IMG/VR virus record: IMGVR_UViG_3300020474_002475
Coordinates: 32,001 to 96,000 of that record
Direction: 5' to 3' (one strand)
DNA: 64,000 bases
From: a virus
This document shows positions 35,949-44,055 of the stretch, piece after piece. Made by a program: the position numbers and the translations under genes. A model generated the notes under the pieces. That model saw only the letters and a list, made by a program, of their open reading frames with translations, had not been told where the DNA came from and did no database searches. Every line of letters begins with the position of its first letter. The first letter of the stretch is position 1.

Positions 35949-37595
35949 ATGAACAAGTTAAAAGTATTAATGTGCTCGGAAGCTAGCTTTTTAAATTCTG
36001 GCTTTTCTATATACGCCAAAGAAATATTATCTCGGCTATACGCGACAGGTAAATATGAAATAGCCGAATTTGCTAGTTACGCTGTTGTTAACGACCCTAA
36101 AGACAAAGACATACCTTGGTCAATATATGCAAATGCTGTTAATAATGCAGATCCTAGACATGCCGAATATACTTCTAGAACAGATAATATGTTTGGTAGG
36201 TGGCGTTTTGATAAAACCGTTGTAGATTTTAAACCCGATGTTGTAATAGATGTTAGGGATTACTGGATGTCTGCTTATCAGGAGCAATCACCAGCTAGAA
36301 AATTGTTTCATTGGATATTAATGCCTACAGTAGATTCTGCTCCACAACAACCGCATTGGATAGATACTTTCTTAAATGCAGATGCGATTTTTACGTATTC
36401 GGATTGGGGGGCTGATGTACTAAAAAATCAATCAGGAGGAAAAATAAATTATATAGACACGGCATCTCCTGGTGTTGATTTGTCTGTTTTTAAAATTAAA
36501 GACAAACAAGAGTGCAGAAAAGCAATCGGAGTACCGTCTGATGCAATAGTAATAGGTTCGGTCATGAGGAATCAAAAAAGAAAACTAATACCAGAATTAT
36601 TTGTTTCTTTTAAAAAGCTGTTAGATAAATATAAAAAGTCTAATAATCCACTTGGAGAAAAACTTTTCCTTTATTTGCATACTAGCTTTCCTGATGCTGG
36701 GTGGGATATTCCAGAATCAATGAAAGAAAACGGAATTTTAAATAAAGTTCTGTTTACACAAATTTGTAGAAAATGCAACCATGTTTCATGTGGAGTCTTT
36801 CGTGGTCCACAAACGGTGTGTCCTAAATGCTTTACTAGGAATCAGACATTTCCAAATGTTACTGCCGGTGTAACATCTGAGCAATTATCTACTATCTATA
36901 ATACTTTTGATATGTATGTGCAGTATGCTATATGTGAAGGCTTTGGCATGCCGCAAGTAGAAGCTGGAGCTTGTGGTATACCTATAGCTACAGTTGATTA
37001 TAGTGCGATGTGTGACGTGATAAATAAATTAAACGCATATCCTGTAGAAATTAAAACATATTTTAAAGAATTAGAAACTAGAGCCATTAGGGTTTATCCA
37101 AACAATGACAGCTTGATATCCACTATAGATAAGTTTATTAACATGCCTGAACCTATACAATACAAAAAACGTCTTAATACTAGAAAATTAACAGAAAAAC
37201 ATTATAATTGGGACAATATAGCTAAAAAGTGGGAAAAATATTTGGACAGTTTAAATGATAGTGGTTATAGGGCCGATTGGAGTCATCACAAACGAATTAA
37301 TAAGATAGCTAATGCGGAAGCAAATAGTAATGTGGATGCATTAATATCTGTATGTCGTGATAATTTGTTAGATATAAACGCTGCGTCATCTAGTAAAATG
37401 TTATCATATTTAAATGACGCTGATTACGGTTTTCAACTTAATGGCTTAAGCACAAACCCTTTTGATATGAATAAGGTTGCTGAACAAATGAATATATATG
37501 TTAGCAATAATAATCAGTTGTGTGATGCTTTAGATAATAAATTAGCCCTAACAGAAGACTTTATACAATACGCAAAACTAAAAGCAAATAATTAA
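35949..37595 (+). CDS. GT4 (GT-B fold) glycosyltransferase with CxxC-CxxC insertion
   Basis: PGVDLSVF, VMRNQKRK, CRKC...CPKC, YNTFDMYV, CEGFGMPQVEAGACGIP, YNWDNIA; start moved to ATG 35949. Confidence 0.9.
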   Translation: MNKLKVLMCSEASFLNSGFSIYAKEILSRLYATGKYEIAEFASYAVVNDPKDKDIPWSIYANAVNNADPRHAEYTSRTDNMFGRWRFDKTVVDFKPDVVIDVRDYWMSAYQEQSPARKLFHWILMPTVDSAPQQPHWIDTFLNADAIFTYSDWGADVLKNQSGGKINYIDTASPGVDLSVFKIKDKQECRKAIGVPSDAIVIGSVMRNQKRKLIPELFVSFKKLLDKYKKSNNPLGEKLFLYLHTSFPDAGWDIPESMKENGILNKVLFTQICRKCNHVSCGVFRGPQTVCPKCFTRNQTFPNVTAGVTSEQLSTIYNTFDMYVQYAICEGFGMPQVEAGACGIPIATVDYSAMCDVINKLNAYPVEIKTYFKELETRAIRVYPNNDSLISTIDKFINMPEPIQYKKRLNTRKLTEKHYNWDNIAKKWEKYLDSLNDSGYRADWSHHKRINKIANAEANSNVDALISVCRDNLLDINAASSSKMLSYLNDADYGFQLNGLSTNPFDMNKVAEQMNIYVSNNNQLCDALDNKLALTEDFIQYAKLKANN

Positions 37596-37598
37596 TTA

Positions 37599-38558
37599 AT
37601 GAATATACTATATATAGGACCATTTCAAAAAAATAATTCTTTAGGTTATGTCTCTTCTATAATTTTAGAGAAACTATGTCATTTATCTCAGCATAAAATA
37701 TATGCCCATCCTATATACTCAGGTTATGATAATCACAAACTATCTAGTTTACCATATTTAAGATTTGCAGACTTAATTGATTATCCTGATATCAATATAC
37801 AGCATTGTACAATAAATAGTTTATATATTGATCAAAAAAGCAAAAATTACTTTATACCAATTCATCCTATGAATTTAAATATACCTAAACAATATTATGA
37901 AAAACTAAAGTGTCTAGATAAAATTTTAGTCCATAGCGATTTTGAGCTAGATAAATTTTTAAATATAGGTATACAATCTGAAAAATTGGTAAAATTAGAA
38001 TTACCTAAAATTGAAAGTAGTCCAGCAAAGTTATCATTAGGCATTTATGATAGCTATAAAAAATATTATTTTATTGGAGACTATTCTAATAATAAAAACA
38101 TTATTGAGAAACTTATTAAAAACTTTCTAGTAGTGTCAAAACACCAAAGAGACACGTGTCTTGTGATTGCTTCTGAATGTGACGCTCAACAAAAACAAGA
38201 CTTAATTAAGTTTTACGAAAAACAAAAAGAAAATATTATGGTAAGCAATTACGAAGATAGGGTCTTACTGTTAGTAGACGACGTTGGCTGTGACAGGGTA
38301 CAGGGGCTGCATAATTGTGCAGATATTTATCTTTGTATTAATGATGGTCATTACCCTTTAACTGATGCTTCAATGGCTAATTTATCAGACAATATCATTA
38401 TTAATTACCCTACTGAAGGTTTAGATTCTGAACACATACATAATTCAGTAATTAGCTCTATTAGCAATAATAAAATTATTGACATTCTAAAAAATATTGG
38501 AAACAATAATATATCACAAAAATATAAAACAACTAAGTGGCAAGAGGTTCTATGTTAG
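37599..38558 (+). CDS. Degenerate GT-B glycosyltransferase-like protein
   Basis: MNILYIGP...GY, DKILVHS, YYFIG, LHNCADIYL pattern, but no ExFG...E motif. Confidence 0.6.
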   Translation: MNILYIGPFQKNNSLGYVSSIILEKLCHLSQHKIYAHPIYSGYDNHKLSSLPYLRFADLIDYPDINIQHCTINSLYIDQKSKNYFIPIHPMNLNIPKQYYEKLKCLDKILVHSDFELDKFLNIGIQSEKLVKLELPKIESSPAKLSLGIYDSYKKYYFIGDYSNNKNIIEKLIKNFLVVSKHQRDTCLVIASECDAQQKQDLIKFYEKQKENIMVSNYEDRVLLLVDDVGCDRVQGLHNCADIYLCINDGHYPLTDASMANLSDNIIINYPTEGLDSEHIHNSVISSISNNKIIDILKNIGNNNISQKYKTTKWQEVLC

Positions 38559-39385
38559 ATACAGAATGGTCTACAGGTAATATATTTCAAAAAGCTAGAT
38601 CAAAATCACAATCTTATACGACTAATGTCCTGTATGAATCATATTATAATATATTTGATCAATTACTACAACAGGCGATACCCGATATCTGTTTTGTTCA
38701 TAAAAATGTAAATAACTCTTTTTTTAACTTTGACTTTACTAGTAATAATTCTATATTTATATCACCATCAGAAATTAATAATATATACAACACTTATACA
38801 GACTTGGTGATATTTAATCATGAAGATGTGTCAAACATGAAAAAAGAAGATAAAGCTATTTTGAACCATAACGTCAAAAATGTCAAAGTAATAAATTTTA
38901 ACAGTAAATCAAATTCAATATTTGCAAATGCTTTAAACATAGAATATCCATTTCCGAACCTGTCTTGTAATGTTGACAGGATTAAAGATTTATTGATAAT
39001 AGATACAAAGCAACATCCTTTTAGCCAAAGCGTACTAGAATATGCTAAATTACAAGGCATATCTGCTGACCTTATAAAGAAAGTGGATGCTAATATATCT
39101 GAGCTATATACTCAATTCTCTCAATATAAAATTATATTGGACACATCTCAAAGAATTAATCATATATTGGCATTATTAGCAGGTTGTCATGTAATTACAC
39201 AATCTAACATAGATGGATATTTCGAAAGCAAATATACATTTAAATTTAATGACCACAATGAAATTTTAACTATAATTAAAAAATGTCTATCAAAAGAGAC
39301 AAAATATCATACAGAAATAGCTGACAGATATTCGTCTAAAGATTTTAGCAAGAAATTTAAGGAATATATTTATGGAAATAATTAA
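38552..39385 (+). CDS. Degenerate glycosyltransferase-like protein
   Basis: C-terminal YKIILDTS...LALLAGCHVIT...RYSSKDF resembles the GT-B C-domain with the Glu lost. Confidence 0.5.
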   Translation: MLDTEWSTGNIFQKARSKSQSYTTNVLYESYYNIFDQLLQQAIPDICFVHKNVNNSFFNFDFTSNNSIFISPSEINNIYNTYTDLVIFNHEDVSNMKKEDKAILNHNVKNVKVINFNSKSNSIFANALNIEYPFPNLSCNVDRIKDLLIIDTKQHPFSQSVLEYAKLQGISADLIKKVDANISELYTQFSQYKIILDTSQRINHILALLAGCHVITQSNIDGYFESKYTFKFNDHNEILTIIKKCLSKETKYHTEIADRYSSKDFSKKFKEYIYGNN

Positions 39386-39785
39386 TATATGTTATGACAA
39401 AAATTTTACTTCGGAAGGTTTATCTAATTGTGATATTAGAAATCTTGATAGCATACCGAACTTTTCTGCACATAAAATCATAATGTCGTTTTTAAACCAA
39501 TTAGAAAAAAAACAAAGCTTAGATATTATAGAAGGTTTATGTAAAAAACTCAGACAGGGAGGGACGCTAACTTTTAATCTGTTAGATTTCGATCAGCTTA
39601 TTAACTTTTATCAAAATCAAAAAATAAAATTAGACGATATTATTATACATACTAACGGTATACAGTGTTTTATTAGCAGGGCTGAAGTTATAAAAATGTT
39701 CCATAAAAATTCACAAATGTCTTTAGATAGTATATTATATGATGACATATATTCCATTTGTACCGTTTCTAGGAAATCTCTATGA
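39372..39785 (+). CDS. Truncated or degenerate class I methyltransferase-like protein
   Basis: DIRNLDSIPNFSAHKI...KKLRQGGTLTF is the C-terminal part of the Methyltransf_11 fold; no SAM motif I. Confidence 0.55.
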   Translation: MEIINICYDKNFTSEGLSNCDIRNLDSIPNFSAHKIIMSFLNQLEKKQSLDIIEGLCKKLRQGGTLTFNLLDFDQLINFYQNQKIKLDDIIIHTNGIQCFISRAEVIKMFHKNSQMSLDSILYDDIYSICTVSRKSL

Positions 39786-40516
39786 ATACTATATGTAAAA
39801 GATGTCTTTTTGTAAATCCATCCCCTAGTGAAAAATGTTTTTTTAATATACCTACTTTACTCAAAAAGTCTGACTATTCTATTAGAGATACAGACGGGTA
39901 TAATGTAATAGAAAACTACGATTGTTCTTATGCTTTTTCAAAAGAGCATTATGAAAAACATAAAGAAGAACTACCAGAAAATATGATCGAGCTTATTCAA
40001 GAGAAAAATAGGCTTGATTACTACTTGATCATTTCCTTTGACGATGAAGACAACAATGCAATTATCTCCGAGTGTGATAAAATATCAACACTACACACTA
40101 TGCCTACGAAAATATCTGTACTTTGCAAAACAGATAAAATTAAACCTCTTATACAATATTTCAAAACCCATAAAATATATAAAGACATTGATTGGAAATT
40201 GCATAATTTAACAGAAGACTATACAGATGTAGACAAACTAAAAGATATTTTAAATGTAAATTTAATTAAGACGGTGAATAATATTTGGTATGTACATAGC
40301 AGATCTTTAGAAGCCATAACAGAAGATTTAAATTATATTAATTTTTTAAGCAAAGTAATGAAACCTGAATATCCGGCTATAAGAAAAAACGACGAGAATT
40401 TGGACGGGCTGTTTATATCTTCAAACAATCTGAAATTGATAAAAAACGAGCACGATCAAGAATATGTAGATTTTTTACAAGAGAATTGTACTCTTGTTAG
40501 AAAGTACTATGAGTAA
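39782..40516 (+). CDS. Hypothetical protein with N-terminal Cys motif
   Basis: TICKRCLF...C...C; 244 aa coupled ORF. Confidence 0.65.
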   Translation: MNTICKRCLFVNPSPSEKCFFNIPTLLKKSDYSIRDTDGYNVIENYDCSYAFSKEHYEKHKEELPENMIELIQEKNRLDYYLIISFDDEDNNAIISECDKISTLHTMPTKISVLCKTDKIKPLIQYFKTHKIYKDIDWKLHNLTEDYTDVDKLKDILNVNLIKTVNNIWYVHSRSLEAITEDLNYINFLSKVMKPEYPAIRKNDENLDGLFISSNNLKLIKNEHDQEYVDFLQENCTLVRKYYE

Positions 40517-41177
40517 TAATTATTTAATACTAATGCCAGAAATTACTAAAGGTATGAAATCCATAGGATCTAAAGCATTATTAAAGCTCAATAGTAAACT
40601 AACCATTTTAGAATATCAAATAAAAAGTATTAAATCTATAAACAGAAGAAACAAAATATTTTTAGCGACAGGTTTTCAAAACAATAAAATAGTAAAACTT
40701 ATTCAAAATTATAAAAATGTATACATTATCTATGAAAAAAACTATTTAAAATATAATGACACTAAACACCTAATAAACTATATGAAACATCTGAATTCTT
40801 TTGAAGATGTATTTATTATCAATAATGGCATTTTATTTAGAAATGATTGTTTTAAGTCTATAAAAAAAAATGAATCTAAAATTTTTTTACTTGATAAATC
40901 CAAAGATAACTTTAATATTGGATGTAGTAATCATGACTATGTTTACTTATTTTATGATCTTCCAAAAAAATGGTCAGAATGTGTTTTTTTAAAAAAAGAA
41001 GCTTTACAAGAAATATTTCAACTTAACACAAATAAAAATATTGGTCACTATTTTTTGTTTGAAACATTAAACTGCATTAGTGAAACTGTTAATATTAATC
41101 CAATTAATACTTCGCATAGAAACATTATGAAATTAAATAGTCTATCAGATCTTCCAAAGGCGAAAAGATTTATATGA
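40509..41177 (+). CDS. Degenerate NTP-transferase (sugar or choline-phosphate nucleotidyltransferase-like)
   Basis: GMKSIGSKALL...TILEYQI...IFLATGF; the AAGxG loop and GD motif are not conserved. Confidence 0.65.
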   Translation: MSNNYLILMPEITKGMKSIGSKALLKLNSKLTILEYQIKSIKSINRRNKIFLATGFQNNKIVKLIQNYKNVYIIYEKNYLKYNDTKHLINYMKHLNSFEDVFIINNGILFRNDCFKSIKKNESKIFLLDKSKDNFNIGCSNHDYVYLFYDLPKKWSECVFLKKEALQEIFQLNTNKNIGHYFLFETLNCISETVNINPINTSHRNIMKLNSLSDLPKAKRFI

Positions 41178-41812
41178 AAATTATTATTCAGCAATCTAAT
41201 TGTAAATTTATAAATAATTTAGATTCTCTACAATACCAATCAATATCAGTGAATATTAAAAACAACATATATCAAATAGAACAGATCGAACAACCTGACG
41301 TTTATGTACTGATAGCAGAAAAACTTTCTAATGAGGAATTACATTTTTGTAGTAATAATCCTAATAAAAAAATATTAATATATAATCAGTCGCCAAAAGA
41401 CTTAGATGTTCCCAATGCTACAATAATAAGTGATACTGAACTACCCTGTCTATATAATCCAAATAGATTTTCAGATAACAAATCAAACAAAGATATAGAA
41501 TACAGTTACTTTTTAGATAACGATTCTGCTTTACCCGAAAATTTAACATACGAACTTTTGCCAAATAAAATTAACCATATTAAATTATTTAATAATAGAC
41601 TAATCGACCATCCACAAAACTTAGGATTGTTGTCAGAAGATGATAAGGCAGTAATTTTGAACAGAACTAAAAAATATATCTGCAATAATAATTTTTACGC
41701 TATCGAAGCCATAAAATGCGGATGTGAGGTTGTAGATACTTCACTAAGCCCGATTGATGTTAATATTGATGATTGTCAAACATATTCTAATTATTTTGAA
41801 AGTTTAATATGA
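41174..41812 (+). CDS. Degenerate glycosyltransferase-like protein
   Basis: HPQNLG, FYAIEAIKCGCEVV resembles the GT-B C-terminal motif. Confidence 0.5.
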   Translation: MKIIIQQSNCKFINNLDSLQYQSISVNIKNNIYQIEQIEQPDVYVLIAEKLSNEELHFCSNNPNKKILIYNQSPKDLDVPNATIISDTELPCLYNPNRFSDNKSNKDIEYSYFLDNDSALPENLTYELLPNKINHIKLFNNRLIDHPQNLGLLSEDDKAVILNRTKKYICNNNFYAIEAIKCGCEVVDTSLSPIDVNIDDCQTYSNYFESLI

Positions 41813-42267
41813 AAGAAGATACCGGATTCATTTTATTAAAGATAACAAATAATACGACCAATGACGTTGTATTTAGCTCTATCTCTAAGTTTATAAAAGA
41901 TAATCCTTATCAACAAATATGTATTTTCAATAGCTCCAATGACAGAATATGTAATGAATTGGTGCCAATAGTACATTTAAATCAAGCAAAGTTTTTTAAT
42001 GGGAATTTAGTAGTATTCGATACCATGTCACTCTTGTTTGCTAAAAACTTTCCAAATATAAAAACTATTTTTATGTATGCTTCAGATATATTTTGGTCAA
42101 AAAATTCTTACTCTTCATATAAAAACATTGAATCTCTTTTTAAATTAAGTAATTTAGAATTTATAGCATCAAATCAAGAAACATACGATGTATATCAAAC
42201 GTGCTGGAAAAAACCTATAGGAATATGCGAGAACTTTAATTATGAAAAACTTAAAAAACTCATATAA
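41809..42267 (+). CDS. Hypothetical protein
   Basis: 152 aa coupled ORF. Confidence 0.65.
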   Translation: MKEDTGFILLKITNNTTNDVVFSSISKFIKDNPYQQICIFNSSNDRICNELVPIVHLNQAKFFNGNLVVFDTMSLLFAKNFPNIKTIFMYASDIFWSKNSYSSYKNIESLFKLSNLEFIASNQETYDVYQTCWKKPIGICENFNYEKLKKLI

Positions 42268-43045
42268 CAAACTAAATGAAAAAGAAAAAATAGATATTAT
42301 TAATCTTTATTATATAAAAAAAGAAAAAAGTTTTGATGAAATTTCTGAAATGTATAATACTTATCCTAATAGACTAAGAAGAGATGCAAAAAAATTTAAT
42401 ATACCTATTAGAAGTCGAAGCCAAGCACAAAAAAACGCTTTGAAAAAAGGCAGAACAACACATCCTACAAAAGGGATGTCCAGATCAATAGAGACTAAAC
42501 AAAAAATAGGTATGGCTGTTTTACAAAATTGGCAAAATATGGATGAAAAGAAATTAAAACAAATTAAACAAAAACAAAAAGAAATATGGAATAGTAAGTC
42601 AGAAGAAGAAAAAGCCAATTTACAACAAGCTGCTAATAATGCAATTAGACTATCTAGTAAAGTAGGATCAAAATTAGAAAAGTTTCTTTTATCAGGGCTG
42701 ATAGAAAATAATATAGATACTAAGTTTCACTATGAACAAACTTTAGTAAATACTAGATTGCAAATAGACCTGTACATACCTAGTATAAATTTGGCAATAG
42801 AAGTTGATGGCCCTTCCCACTTTGATCCTGTGTGGGGACAAGAGACATTACAAAAGACTAAAACCTATGATGACAAAAAACAAGGACTAATAATTGGTAA
42901 AGGTATGAAGCTAGTTAGAATTAAACAGAAGATGGACTTTTCTATGTCTAGATCTAGATTAATTTTGGATAAATTATTATTCTTGGTGGATCAGATATCA
43001 AACAATTTAACGAACGAAGAATTTTACGAAATAAAGGATATTTAA
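42242..43045 (+). CDS. HTH/NUMOD3-like DNA-binding region fused to a Vsr-like PD-(D/E)XK endonuclease
   Basis: SFDEISEMYNTYPNRLRR HTH, KGMSRSIETKQKIG NUMOD3-like, QIDLYIP, LAIEVDGPSH. Confidence 0.75.
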   Translation: MKNLKNSYNKLNEKEKIDIINLYYIKKEKSFDEISEMYNTYPNRLRRDAKKFNIPIRSRSQAQKNALKKGRTTHPTKGMSRSIETKQKIGMAVLQNWQNMDEKKLKQIKQKQKEIWNSKSEEEKANLQQAANNAIRLSSKVGSKLEKFLLSGLIENNIDTKFHYEQTLVNTRLQIDLYIPSINLAIEVDGPSHFDPVWGQETLQKTKTYDDKKQGLIIGKGMKLVRIKQKMDFSMSRSRLILDKLLFLVDQISNNLTNEEFYEIKDI

Positions 43046-43723
43046 ATGGCTAAAAAACAAGCAGTTCCATCACCAAAAGATATTGAATGGAATGATTATG
43101 TTTTAGGTTTGCTAGAAGATGAAGAGAAAATATCAGATAATCCTACCACAGATGGTCTTAGGAGGATTTTTGAAATTGCACTAAATTGTACAGTTATCGA
43201 GGCAACATCGGAAGTATGTCAGTCTCCAGATCCAGCAAATGGCAATAGAGCTACTGTGGTACATAATCTAGTCTATATTTTAAATGACCCTAAGGTTGAT
43301 GGGGATTTTAAAAAAATCACCGTAAATGGAGCAGCAGACGTCTATTGGGGCAATTGTGACAAGATATATAGAAACCATCCGGTTGCTGTAGCTGAGACAA
43401 GAGCTGAAGGTAGAGCTTTGCGTAGAGGACTAAAACTCAGAAAGGTCGTAGCAGCTGAAGAATTAGCTAAAGAGGTTGAAGATATAGATGGTAGTAATGT
43501 AGGAAAAATTACTAATAATCAGATTAATTTCATTGACGTACTTGCAAAAAGACTTAATATAAATGTAACTAAAATGCTAGAACTAGAAAATATAGAATCA
43601 AAAAATATCTATATTATCGACCATTCACATGCTGTTAAAGTTATTAGACAATTATCTACTTATCAACAAAATGTAGACAATATACCAGAAACTATATTAG
43701 ATTATACCTCGGAGTGGAAATAA
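43046..43723 (+). CDS. Putative single-strand annealing protein (Rad52/Sak-like)
   Basis: AVAETRAEGRALRRGL helix and C-terminal ITNNQINFI motif, typical of phage SSAP-like proteins. Confidence 0.5.
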   Translation: MAKKQAVPSPKDIEWNDYVLGLLEDEEKISDNPTTDGLRRIFEIALNCTVIEATSEVCQSPDPANGNRATVVHNLVYILNDPKVDGDFKKITVNGAADVYWGNCDKIYRNHPVAVAETRAEGRALRRGLKLRKVVAAEELAKEVEDIDGSNVGKITNNQINFIDVLAKRLNINVTKMLELENIESKNIYIIDHSHAVKVIRQLSTYQQNVDNIPETILDYTSEWK

Positions 43724-43728
43724 ATATT

Positions 43729-44049
43729 ATGAAAGCAAAGTATAAAGTAGGCGACAAGCTGGAGTTTGAATTAGATGGAGCTGGACAAAAAGAGCTTTTC
43801 AAAGAAATAGCAAATATCCAAGAAATTTTTGGAGAAGCTAAATGCGGAGTATGTGGATCTGAAAATATTAAATTCGTAGTTAGAGTAGTAGATGACAATG
43901 AATATTACGAATTAAGATGCATGGACTGCGGAGCTCTGCTTTCCTTTGGTCAACATAAAAAGGGCGGCACTCTCTTCCCTAAGAGAAAAGATGCTGATGG
44001 CAACTATATGAAAAATAATGGCTGGTACAAATACACTGGTAAAAAATAA
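43729..44049 (+). CDS. Hypothetical zinc-ribbon protein
   Basis: CGVCGS...CMDCGA; start moved to ATG 43729. Confidence 0.7.
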   Translation: MKAKYKVGDKLEFELDGAGQKELFKEIANIQEIFGEAKCGVCGSENIKFVVRVVDDNEYYELRCMDCGALLSFGQHKKGGTLFPKRKDADGNYMKNNGWYKYTGKK

Positions 44050-44055
44050 ATTTAG

